A stretch of DNA of 64,000 bases from Balanoglossus misakiensis (lineage: Eukaryota > Animalia > Hemichordata). The translations under genes were made by a program, and so were the position numbers. The stretch is taken from positions 11,858,985-11,922,984 of the forward strand of contig CM082594.2 in assembly GCA_040954595.2 (NCBI GenBank), given 5' to 3'. This document shows positions 41,170-53,277 of this stretch, in pieces. Numbering within the stretch: position 1 is the stretch's first letter; each line of letters opens with the position of its first letter. The notes under the pieces were generated by a model, which was not told where the DNA came from, did no database searches, and saw nothing but the letters and a program-made list of their open reading frames with translations.

Positions 41170-44100
41170 CTACTTGTGTCGGCCCATCTCCATGTCACGC
41201 GTGCGGTTGGGCTGGCGTTTACGAGACAGTGTACGGGCTGGCGGCATCTTGGGGTTGCTGCTCGGTGTATGGACACTGCATACTTTGATGAACAATCCCA
41301 TTAAGATGATGAGGCCGACTCCCATTAGGACAACAGCCCACCAGTATTTCTGAAAAAAATATCAGATAACAGAAATGGTAAAAAGTAGCGCCAAGGGCAC
41401 CAGGTTAGAATATGAGTGAGCAACATGGTTTGAAGACAGGGAGAGACACTTTCTATTGAGGGCAGACACGGACACACACACACACAAACATAGTACATCT
41501 AACTGAAGCCATCTATAACTTACCGTGACCCAGTCAGCGATATCTTCATACACCTCAGGGTTAAAGATGGCATTCTTAAGTCTAGCCAGTGGACCATCAG
41601 CATCGACGAGACGACACTTGTCAAAGACATCACAGTAACCTTGAAAGTTGTCACAGGGAGCACCGGGCTGCATTGTTATCACATCAGACCCCTCTGGGTA
41701 GTACTTTTGCAGTGACTCAATCTGGGAGCTACTCTTGCAAGTTTGTGGTTGGCCTGCCGGAAGAGAAAACAGTTAGTGCTTTGAGACTGCATTGCTTAAT
41801 CAAAACTGTACACAGTCATGTTTCTGTTTCAATTCAATTGTTTTATGTATTGTCACACTGGAAAGGTCAGGGGTTATAGGGTAAAGGTCGTCACACCTGG
41901 TTCCTGACAACAAAGGTGGCACTTCTCATTCTCATCAACCTCTACTCCTTGACAGAAACATTCCTCCATCATTACATCATCCCCTTCACAGATAGAACCT
42001 GTACATTCCTGCGGAGTGAAAACATGAGAGAGTGTTGAAACACATTAACAAGAAACTTGTGAGCTTGATTTGCCACTGGTGCATAGTTTGTACAAAGGCA
42101 CTATACACAGGCAACATCTCCAAGAAATGTTGCCTAACAATTATCACTACACAAGCAGCAATATACATTAAAAGGATCCACTTATTTTGCAGTGATCTGA
42201 CCTTTAATGGATAGATTCCTTGAACTTTGTTGCAAAACATACATTTGACTGGTAATAACATCTCTCCCCTCAGGATGGCATTGCTCCCTTTTGGCCTCAT
42301 GAAAACAAACTGTTTTGGCAGCAACTCTTGTTTCCTTAGCAACTGCCATGTATTGTTCCTTCAGGATAAGTAAGTAGCAAGTGTGTATCAAATAATGCTG
42401 ACAAAATTTGGGTTGAGTGAACCTACCCCACTCCAACACACTTGTCGATTGTTGTTACAGGCTGTTCTGTTGGCTTTCAGTACAGGTGCTGGACACTGTG
42501 CCTTCTCATCAGCTGACTGAACGTCTGGAGTAGGACTAGTTAAGGAAGCTCCACAAAAGTGTATCTTGATCTGACTGCACCTTGTTAATGTTATCAACAT
42601 GCCTTGCACCCACATCTCCAAATTTACTGTCATAAACATGACTGCAAGCCCTTTCTGTGGCAACTGTCTCCTAGGTCTCTGTGCTTAAACAAAGCCATGC
42701 ACATCTATCTGTCTGTCTGTCTATCTGTCTGTCTGTCTATGTATCAAAGGATATTCACAATATGCAGGTTCTGAACAGTCTGAGGAAAATGAGCATGTAT
42801 GGTTGTCAGCTTTAGCGCGGTATTCACACTGATCATTACAGCAAGGACCTTCAGATGGACTGTAGAAGGAAGAAGACAAATTTCAAATGGTGTGGGGGAA
42901 AAAAACATAATTTGACATATGGGCTGTTTCTCTGCTGCTATTCAAAACATAGAGCAGGCATCATAAACCTTGATAAATCACTTCAAACTCACGTCAAACC
43001 ATCTTGGTCCCAACCCCCATTACCACCCAGAGTGGGGGTGGGGTATTCTAAGAAGGGACAGCTGGGGTGACGTACCTGCATGTTTTTCCATCTCTTCTCT
43101 TACATGCATTAGGGTCACCAGCATCAGTTTCTGGATAGCAGCAAGGGTCTGTACATTGATCATCATAACCACAATCACACTCTTCACCCTCATCCACAAT
43201 GCCATTACCACAGAAAGCCATGTCAGATGCTGGAGAATAGAAATAACAAATACAAACATATACATGTATTGGAAAAATACTGCTCAGTCGTCGCACTGTA
43301 ATTCAGTTTCTTATGTTTGAATGCTTGGCATTGGTACATGTACTGTTGTCATGGGGGTTATGGTGTAGAGACATGATCCAATGATTTGCATGCAACCACA
43401 CATAACCAATCACAACATTCTGTCACGAGACGAGTGAAGTCAGACCGTACATGCTTATATTGTACATGTAGTGAGGAAAGGGAGTGCCCCTTTGACAGTC
43501 AGAGTATCACATGATATCAACGTCATACTCACAGACAAAGCATCTGTCTTTCTTTTTGTCCAGAACAGCAGACATGTTACCCACACTGCATGAGGAAAAT
43601 CGGTTGTTGTTCTGTTTATCACCAGATGTGGCCCTTGCATACATGATGAAGTTGCCATCGACTGCATCTGCATTTGTGTTGTCCCCTGGTCGGCAATTCA
43701 GTGGATAATCGTGCTGAAATTCAACCAGGTCAAAGTGATAAGATGTCAAAGTTCAAGGGTCAAATCTGATTTGGTTAACAAAAGCCCAACAAGACACAGT
43801 AATGGCAAATCTTGGTCATGTGATACTGTTCAATACAGCTGTCAAAATATTCTGTTTCATATTTTAAAATTCTCACTTAACATATCACAAGCTATACAAT
43901 TGCATTATAGGTTAAAAATCAACAACTCACTTCCATAAAGGTTTGGAAAAGTGATCTACAAGTACAAACATGGTTTTCATTCTGGCTCTGTGATCAAGAC
44001 GTTGAACTCATCAAACTCTTTCCACTTTTTGTATTTCATGTCATAAAGAGCTAGCTATCCTTTGATTTTGACGAACAATTCATGCTTTAGACTTACAGGT

Positions 44101-47100
44101 GATCCAAAGTTATGTCCCAATTCATGGGCGAATGTAATATGTGACACTTTGCTGGGCACCCGACTGCCATAGTTTTGGATTGTAACAATGCCAGTGTTTA
44201 AACTTTTGCGGGATCCCGAGGAATACATGATGTAATCTTCACAGATACCACCAGATGCTCCTGTTGGTGGAAGAAATAATACAGTTATAGTTATAAGCTG
44301 TAAAGTATAATTACATACAACATGTACCAGATGGCTTTACATGTTCTGAAGAGATGACAGTTGTACATACCACTTGGGGCGGCAACCCAGGCCAAGCCGA
44401 GCACACCATCATCAAAGTCTCTGTCCGTGAATATATAAGCCAGGCAGTACTTGCTGTGATCTTGCTCAGAATTTAGCTCCAGAAATTTCTCCACACCAAT
44501 GTTGTCAAATCGGAATGGGTTGGTTTCATCTCCTGCATCAGGATTTGTGTAGTTCAACTGCAGAGGGAGTCAAATCAAAGTTGAATGAACTTCAACTAAG
44601 CTCCTCTAATTACCAGTTTCACCTAAAATGCACAAGTTCACTGAGCAAGCTCCTGCACATACTTCCTAAACAATCAGGAGCTGTTGTGTACCTGTCTCAC
44701 AATTTTCCAATGCCATCGGTTCTTGATCAAAATTTTAGATAAAAAGTGGAAAAAGTTGTGAGAGTAAATTTTGTGAAAAATGAAAGTTCAACTTTAGCAT
44801 CGAAAGGGTTAAAGAAAAAAAGACATATCTTTCCTTACCCGAATTCTCTGTACTTGGAAACCAATGCCACGTACACCATTAAAGTCCACTTTATTGTAGA
44901 TAGCATTGGCTGCACTGACATGACTGGCGATTTGGGCAATGACTGCATTCTCGTCATTAGAAAATGCTTTTGTGTAAAGATGGTCTGCCTGAATATACAA
45001 TGTACAAGTGTTGTCTTCGCCTGCTGCTCGTTTCTTTCTGGCACTGGGATCAGCATACTTGTTGTCATTTTCTGTGTGTTTGTCAGTCGCAAATACTGAG
45101 TTGTCTGTCTGTAAAAGATACCACAAATCCAGTTTAACTAGATACAGATCATATCACTACCACCATACTGTACTTTGCATCACAGCTGCTGTTTGTCCAA
45201 AATATACACTACCAGAGTGTTAGTACAACTGAACCAACTCTGTTGTATTTCTGATGTACCTTGAAATGTAAATCACCACAGGTAAAATGGTAAACCCTGG
45301 CCAAGACATTGTGCGACTTACTATTTCATCTTCTACTGGTACAGCTGACTCCTGAATTTTCTTCATCCATTTCACAGTATCATCATGTGCTCCACAGCTG
45401 TGATGCATCTTGTCAAGATATGGATGAGTCACATCCGTGTCTTTGTACATAACTGAGTGGAAGCCTGAAGGCTCTTCCATGTATCGGCTGGCAGGCTCGA
45501 TATAATACTCCTCACCATCTGTGTATATCTTGCCTTCAAAGAGGCCATCTAGGATAGAGCCATGCACAAGACTTGTGGGCTCATCTGGAAAGAGGAAGTC
45601 AAATGTAAATGCTGCTGATTGTCTAATTTCAATTCTCAAACAAGAAAACTGCTGGAGTTACAAAAGGCAAGGTTGGTTAGTAACACATACATGCATGCTC
45701 TTGTGTAATCAAAGTGGCTCTATGATGGTGAGAGGGCACTAGATTATGTAAATAATAAAAAGGTGAAGGTTGTGTAAATGCTGCATCAGCTTTCCAAGAA
45801 TTTTCATTTATACAACAGTTCTGACCTTGAAGAAATCCTTTGTAGACGTGTGAGGTGTCACCAATCTTTTCATGGCCCCCTTCTCCTTCAATGATAAAAT
45901 CTGTGGCAAAGATTTGAAGATCTCTTTTCAACCGAATATGAAAATCCCTGAAATTAAACAGAGAAGAATTGCATTATTTTTAAATAGAGAGTTTCCTAGA
46001 AGCGCTGCGTCATCACCACACATAAGATGACCATCCTTCATATCCAATCTGATTACAATCAGATGTTGTACATGTAGAGTTGGCTCAATCTTTACATTTG
46101 CTGGTTCTTTGCTGTTCTGGTCTGGGATGTCTACATGTACCTCTATCAGATTGCCTTCATATCCCCACATACATGTATATGTGTGGCAATCATTGCTTAT
46201 GTAATGAACAAGCGATTCAAAGATATTTGACAGAAATGAGAAAATTGACACATTGGTGTCTAAAGATATATCAAAAGTATATTACATGTACACCCATTAA
46301 GATGTAGTTCAAATTAAAATGTCAAGTACAGTACCACTAAGTCTCTACAAGAGAGGTATGCATCTAATGTAACATGTTTTGCAGGCAATAAAACTGGTCA
46401 TAAATACTTGTATAGGGAAGTCACATGCAAGTTTTAGGGGAGAGCAGCTACATGTATAACATTGTAACAATAGGTGCACTGGTAGACTACATGTACTAGT
46501 TTTTATGACTATATAAATGGAATATGATCCAGTTCACTTCAATGATCAAAATTCACATTTTAACTAAGTTTATGTTTTTTTCAACAATTTTACAATTGTG
46601 ACATGTAAATACAAGGGCTCAATCAATAGCAACTATGGCTAAGAAATGAACAGATGTGTGGTTAGATACTAAAGAGACGAACTCCGGTGTAACTTTTATT
46701 GTACGACATACTCCCTCAAGGTGGGGGTAAACAAATTCTGAAGTTGCCATGACAACAAGTCTGGGCTTCTGCCAGAATCAGCAGTTGACCGGAGAGGATT
46801 TGCATTTATGAAAGAGAAAGATGACAGCTTCAGGCAGAGGATTATTCAGTTGCTAAGGTAAACATTCATGGTCGCCACAGCTGTTACATACATGTTCTAG
46901 CCTTAGGGTTAGTAAAAGCAATGGGATTATGAATTTCATAAACTGGATACCGCTCTCAATTGTTTGATGGATATTTTTACATTATGCACACAACATAAAA
47001 GACTTTTTGTGTGTTTAGATTCAACTTGTATTAATACTATGCACACAGCATAAAAGACTATTTACATGCATGTGTTTAGACTCAACTTGTAATAATCCAT

Positions 47101-47826
47101 GGCCTGTCTGGGTTAATCCAGCTAGCACCTCACTGTCACTGTAACACAAGACTTTGCAGAGTTTCTTGTAATGTATGATACATTGTACCGAAGTCTCCAA
47201 GCTAAAGTGACCAAAAAAGACTTCAATAATCTGTCTTGAGATGTTTACAAAGTACCTTTTAGGTATTTTCTCTAATAACTTCATGTGCATTTCAGAATAT
47301 GATTCTGATATTGAAAGAGACACATGGGAATTTCCCTGTAGGGTTTTTTAGAAATGTATGACTCACTTAACACAGCCGAAGTTATAGTTAATGAGGTAAC
47401 CATGAAAACCTGATGGGTTGTCTGTGAGAATAACAAGCTTTCAATACTCTGCTACACATAAAAACATATGAATTGCTTTACAATTCTTCACCTTGACTTT
47501 ACAGAACTGGGTAGTATTCATTTTTCACATTACACTGTATATTCATTCCACAAACTCACCTATTGTGGGCTGAAAATTTCAACTCTACACTTCTTTGGCT
47601 TGGAATCCTACTCTCTGTGGATCTCTTTGCCCGTAGATGTCTCTCGTTTAGCTCATCTCTGTCATAATTTATACCGTCAAAATGACGTATATAATCATTT
47701 AAGGGGTTCCGTGCAGCATCTGGGGAAAAATGAATGCAAATACATGTACCAATATTGAAATATTGAAAGTAATGATATCAATCACACAAGTTCTCTTATT
47801 TATAATAATAATAATAATATTAATTA

Positions 47827-47859
<33 letters not shown>

Positions 47860-48775
47860 TACTACTGGTACTAACTACACTTCACATATTTTTGGTGACC
47901 AGAATGCCGTTTTCGCCTGAGGTGGAAACAAATGTCATTCCAACTGTTCACGTACAGAAGATATATTTTGAGAAAATACAAATAACACACTAGTAAATGA
48001 TATATCATATACACAATGTTGTGGTGGAGGCCACAGTATGCAGAACTACCACAAAGACAATGTCCTCAATGTATGTGTATGTTTAACTCAGGGAGGTCAT
48101 GTTTGTATTGGGAAAGTGTCATGATAAGTCCAATATCGCTTTTCCTGCATCAATACAGTTTCAGTATTGTCACAACAAGATGACATCTTATAACACTGAT
48201 GATATCTTCCACATGGTTTACATGTCTCATGCACATGCAACATAGAAATTAGAATGGTGTCAACATTGACGGTCAACGGCCATGAGACAAGTTTTCAATA
48301 CTGACTCCAGACCTGACGTGACAGGCATGCTTGCAAAATGAGAATGTATTCCTCTCGTAAATATTTGGAAATGCATTTCTGATCCATTAAAATAACCCGG
48401 ATTCGTATATTATGACGACATTCTGTCATGTACGCTACAAGGTCAAATATGTCATCCTCTGTGGACATCACAACAAAGATGATGTACAACGCCCTGTCCG
48501 CGTCCGTCCAATAATTCGACTCGTATCCCGGCCGTTCGTTTAATTATTTCACCCGTCGTTTTTTGTTCAATCCTCCACCCGATTTGTTATTGTACTATTT
48601 GTATTTGCTGTTCATAATTAAAATCGACTTGCTCTACTTCATAGGCCGGAGAATGACCCTAGTATTACGTGTATACAGTGCAAAGTAGAAACAAAATGGC
48701 CACGGTTTATAATGATAGATACTTACAACTTGTCACGGCCAATGCAGCCACCAACACCGACAGCCTCAATATCAT
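41170..48775 (-). CDS. ADAM10: ADAM10/kuzbanian disintegrin and metalloproteinase, 14 coding exons
   Basis: Exons (minus strand): 48775-48727 (signal peptide [16 protein letters not shown]), 47719-47560 ([20 protein letters not shown]), 45947-45826, 45584-45322 (Cys-switch HSCG), 45108-44839 (furin site RKKR), 44557-44371 ([11 protein letters not shown]), 44260-44097 ([10 protein letters not shown]), 43713-43533 (H...[13 protein letters not shown], Met-turn), 43229-43076 ([15 protein letters not shown]), 42859-42755, 42529-42427, 42008-41897, 41753-41524 ([25 protein letters not shown]), 41349-41170 (TM and VHTPSSNP tail, TAG). Intron phases are consistent throughout. Confidence 0.96.
42530..42754 (-). 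other. U12-type (minor spliceosome) AT-AC intron in ADAM10
   Basis: 5' splice site |ATATCCTTT (42754-42746), branch site TTCCTTAAC (42547-42539) followed by TAGTCCTAC| ending at 42530. Splicing gives TGT GA|T CCA GAC and restores the disintegrin-domain frame. Confidence 0.9.
42705..42740 (+). repeat. (TCTG/TCTA)n microsatellite inside the U12 intron
   Basis: Direct reading. Confidence 0.85.
46983..47097. repeat. Imperfect ~55-60 bp tandem duplication in ADAM10 intron 2
   Basis: tatgcacaca(a/g)cataaaagact...tgtgtttaga(t/c)tcaacttgta occurs twice. Confidence 0.75.
47828..47859 (+). repeat. (ATC)n microsatellite in ADAM10 intron 1
   Basis: Direct reading. Confidence 0.9.
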
Positions 48776-48779
48776 GGCG

Positions 48780-49200
48780 AAACGGTCAAACTAACGGTTC
48801 TTCAGAACACGGAATTAAATGACACGGACGTGATTTTCAAACTGAAACTTAAAAAATATAGTACGGAGTGACAACTAACAACAAACGGATATGCGTATCT
48901 TTCAGAAAAAAACACTTCCGCGTCGCCCAAGATTAATCATCACCGGGGGTGTCACGCATGATAGTTAGAGTTGGGCAAATTGTAAAATCCAGGCAGAGTA
49001 TCTTTGTGTTTTAGGGACAAAAGATTAACAGTTTCCATTTTAATTATACCAAGTATCATTTGAAGGACACCAAGATTAAAATTGCATAAGAATCACATTT
49101 GTAACTGAAAACGGAGTAATAAACCTTGAAAAACAACATGACATCATCAGGCGCGACTCATTTCGCGAGAAGCCTGAACTCAAGGGGGCGCTTTCCAGAC
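48780..49200 (-). promoter_or_regulatory. Probable ADAM10 5' UTR and promoter region
   Basis: Lies immediately upstream of the ATG, with locally higher CpG content. Contains an ETS-like cacttccg (~48913) and a tcgcgaga motif (~49163). Inferred from position only. Confidence 0.4.
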
Positions 49201-52200
49201 GAAAGCACACACTTTATACAAAAATGCTTCAAGACCTATTAAACCAATGTTTTGTATTTTATGACCCTTTGCTAAATGCTTTACGATTTTACGTGAATGA
49301 ATCTAGACCGGCCCACCTCATATCAATTAAAGCGCCCTCGACGGTAATTGAAGAAACACTAAAGTCGTATGTTCGCATTTACATTTTCTGTCGTACATTA
49401 CGAGTATACGCAGTTTGCTCACAAATGAGTGCACTCAAGTTTTGACAGTACACCATGAAGACCTTTTCATGTTTCATTCTTATTTTGAGACACTTCATAC
49501 AAAATGTATCTGCACAAGAGACATTAGGCTAGATCTATACGCAAATACACACATACACCCCCCCCCCCCACACACACACACGGGAAAATCCTCTTTCATG
49601 CATGTGTAAATTACATTTCTTTCTGTAAAAGATACTCCATTTTACATACAAAATCCCGCTTCTGATCATGTTGTGAGTGACATCAACAGGTTACATGTGT
49701 ACCATCAAGGCCGTTCATTCCCAATTGGGCGTATCACAGGGGCGATTGCTGCGTGTGTCACGCCACCGTGAGGCGAATCCCAGAAATTTACATATCCCCA
49801 GTTAAAAAGGCAGGTATGAATGGGCCACGTATTGTCTTTATTTAAAATATCGTGTCATATCGACAAAAGACCCACCATTTTTACCCACATCACTCCTTCT
49901 AACAGTTTAATTTCAATTCTTACTTCTATGAAGATCAAACGTCTACAGTCAAGGAGTTCCAGACCCAGGATCTGACAGACACCACTGCCGCTGTGACGAA
50001 CAATCATCATCACTGATATTGCAGTTCAGTTTTGATCAAGGTTAGTGCTGTATTTTCTAACAGGAAATTGGCTCTGACAGTGACAGCAATATGAATTAAC
50101 TTATACCACGAGATTTTTTTCAGGCGGAGGCTTACAAATTTCATATTACTTAAAACTGACTCTCAATTGAATATTTTCCCCAAGAGCAGTAATGTACACT
50201 TATGTACTATAATTATCTATGCCGCTGTGTGTAGAACGAAGGGTTCGGGAAAGGCTTAAAATGTATTAGCATTGATGAGTGGGTGCTAATATTACAGTAA
50301 TCGAAGTGCTGTTTGAATGTGTGTTAACTTGACTGGTGGGCTGGCTTGTCTTCATCACAAGACAGAATAAGCGCTGCCTTCCATCCGTCATGTAAATAAG
50401 AAATAACAGATTTGGATATGTATGCAACTCGCCGTATTAAAATGCTAGGTTCCATGGTCCCTCTACACTCACAACAACGACATCATGTAATATGCAAAAC
50501 TGATGCTGTTTTGAACTCTCAATATTTCTGCTATAAATAACAATGGTGACCAGCAAAGTATTGTCATGTAAAATGACCATATTTAATTGTTTCATACATT
50601 TGAATAAAAATAGACTTTATTTGAGTATTATTTTATCGGTTGGTCTAGTGTATCATGTGGGGCGTCGGCCTGGCTGGCGGTGGCAACATGGAGCAGTTGG
50701 CCGAGAGATACCCCTACCCGTACTTTGACAAAAACGATTGTTTTCACCCACATTCTCAGAATGCTATTTTAAGATACAGTTGTAATGACATGAATGTAGA
50801 GCGCATACAATGTGGTCGCTTGTTCTCCAGGGCACGGCAGTCACCCATTTCACGTCGATGCTGATTGTTTCAAGGTGTGACATGACGTCACGTCATTGTG
50901 ACGAGTTCAACCGTGACTCAAAGAGCAGACGACTTTCCATTGACACACAGTTCCCCTGATACTAGTATTCACGGCGAGGTCCCAGGATGATACATCTAGT
51001 AAGTTTGGCGCATAAATTTGCTTAACCCAGCAAATAGAAATTTTTTTCGACACATTCAAACATGCGTAGACATTACGCCATGTCGTGTAAACATCCGTGC
51101 AAGTTATTATTTATTCTCGCCGCGGTAAATATGCATTATTTATGCAAACTATATTTTATATCCATATGGAATCGCGATATCGGTGTTAAAGGCTGGCGTT
51201 TTTATCCACGATTGTAGGTCTATCAAAATATACTAGTGGATTTAAAATGATAGTAGGCTGGGTATTTCAACAGGTGTTTGTGTTAGAGATGAATGCCAGC
51301 AATTAATTTGTGGAATAAAGTTTGAAAGCATGGTTTTATTTGGGGGGGGGGGGGGATAAATCGTGGACTTTCAACTCTCATTTTGAGGTGTATGTTTAAA
51401 TAGGTGTTAATTATCACGATAATGATATTATTATTACAATATGCGGAATGTACACACGCAGGCTATTGTGAGGGCCAGTTAGCAAGTTGGACAAAGCCAA
51501 CACGTTCAAACAGTTGGAGAAATTCTGCATTTTCGATCGGACTGGGCTGACTTTTGATTAGTAAAACATGAAAATATTGAAGCCAAATTACAGATGCATT
51601 GTGTAAATAGTGCTTTGGAACACCAGACAGATTACAGTGGCATTATATTGACCAGCCGAGCTATTAGCTCAGTAATGTTTAGTTTATAACGGACTACTGT
51701 TTAATATCATTATGTGTTTAATAACAGATGTTCTGGTGACAGCCGCGCATATCAGAAATACCATGATCATTTAATTAAGATTGTCAGGAAATATCGTCAA
51801 AGATATCAGTTATGTATGTCAATGCGCTATTTACAATGAACAAATGTTATTGTTTAAGGATACTGTTTCAAACTACTCAATAATTTGGGGACGGTCTTGC
51901 TCCCCTCTGGGAAGTATTAGATTGGTTTCCATTTACTGGCGTTTAAGTATTAAGCATCCATAATTGACACTAATGTCGACTTCCAATGTTCGTATCAAGG
52001 CAGTATATTTTCTCTGGTACGAAGCCAAAGATTTTTTTCCACATTGCGAAACGTCATGTTTACGCGAAGCCATGTCGCAGAGTCGCTGATGATCACGAAT
52101 AAATTGGGGCTAAAATGTCATCTTGATAAATGCGGTTTGGAAACGTCGCCATGGCAACATATCGCTGTAATCCCGGCTAATGGGATTCACCACATGAGTC

Positions 52201-53277
52201 AAGATACGTATCGGTGACAGTCATGATGAAGAACCAAGCAATAAAATCGATATGGAACAAAATGGCTCCTTATCAAGTTGAAGAGAAAACAAACCATTTC
52301 TTTGATGGAAGAAACAAAACAAGATATAGAAACATGTAGATTTGATTAGAATGGTTGTGGACAATCCTAAATTCAGTATATACAAGTTGAAATTTTAATT
52401 TCCAATTTCAGCTTCCGTGCAGATCGTCTTGCAAACACTCGTGGCAGATCTCATTCGATACTTCGAAGGCGTATTTTAAAGGTTGTACAGAATACCTTCA
52501 TGATTATTTTGAAAATGAATAAGTCGCAGATATCATACAATTGGAACGCCTGAGGGTCTTCCGCAACTAAAATGTTGATGTTTCACCGCCATGTATATTG
52601 CGTCCACCATTTGCAGCGCAAATTCAGCAGAGTAATTGACAAATCGAATTTGAAGAAACATGAGAATAGACTGAACATTAAATAACGAACTCGTTGCAGC
52701 TATTAATCAACGAGGTTTCATTTTTTTACATTTGGGTATTCTATAATAAGTTCATGGACTTTAAAACCATATCCTAAGACATCTGTGTCACTCTCTGATT
52801 CAAAAACTTGAATGTCGTTCATTTCTGTAGTGACAGGTATGGGGAATCTCTTATCATCTTTCGCCACCGACTCGTCTAGCGAGGGTATGTCTCCTTTTAC
52901 TGCAAGATGCACATTTACGTAAAGGAAGCATGCAAAAGCTAGGTTTCCGTGCGTACACTTTTATGTGGCTGGTTGTGTATGCGTTCGCTGATGTACTGTA
53001 CTGTAGCGTAAGAAGAGTTTTTGATTTGTTTTGTTCCTGTTTCTTACATTTTTGTATGCATGGAGCCGTGTGTATTTTAGTGGTGGTTACTTCGTGTTCT
53101 TTTTGAATGTGTAATTAGTACTATATAGGTGTCTACTTCCACAATTCAAATAAATATATAAATATGACTTATTTGTATAAATTGATATCATCTTTCGGTC
53201 ATACATTAGATATTAGTTAACATTAACGCCGTGTATGTTAATTTTATGTTTATGTTTTTGCAGACGAGAGCAAAGAG

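Noticed and set aside
42523-42526. Alternative acceptors (ccag|AC or agac|GTT) for the ADAM10 minor intron
   Set aside because: Both are out of frame with the phase-2 AT donor; only the AC at 42531-42530 restores the frame.
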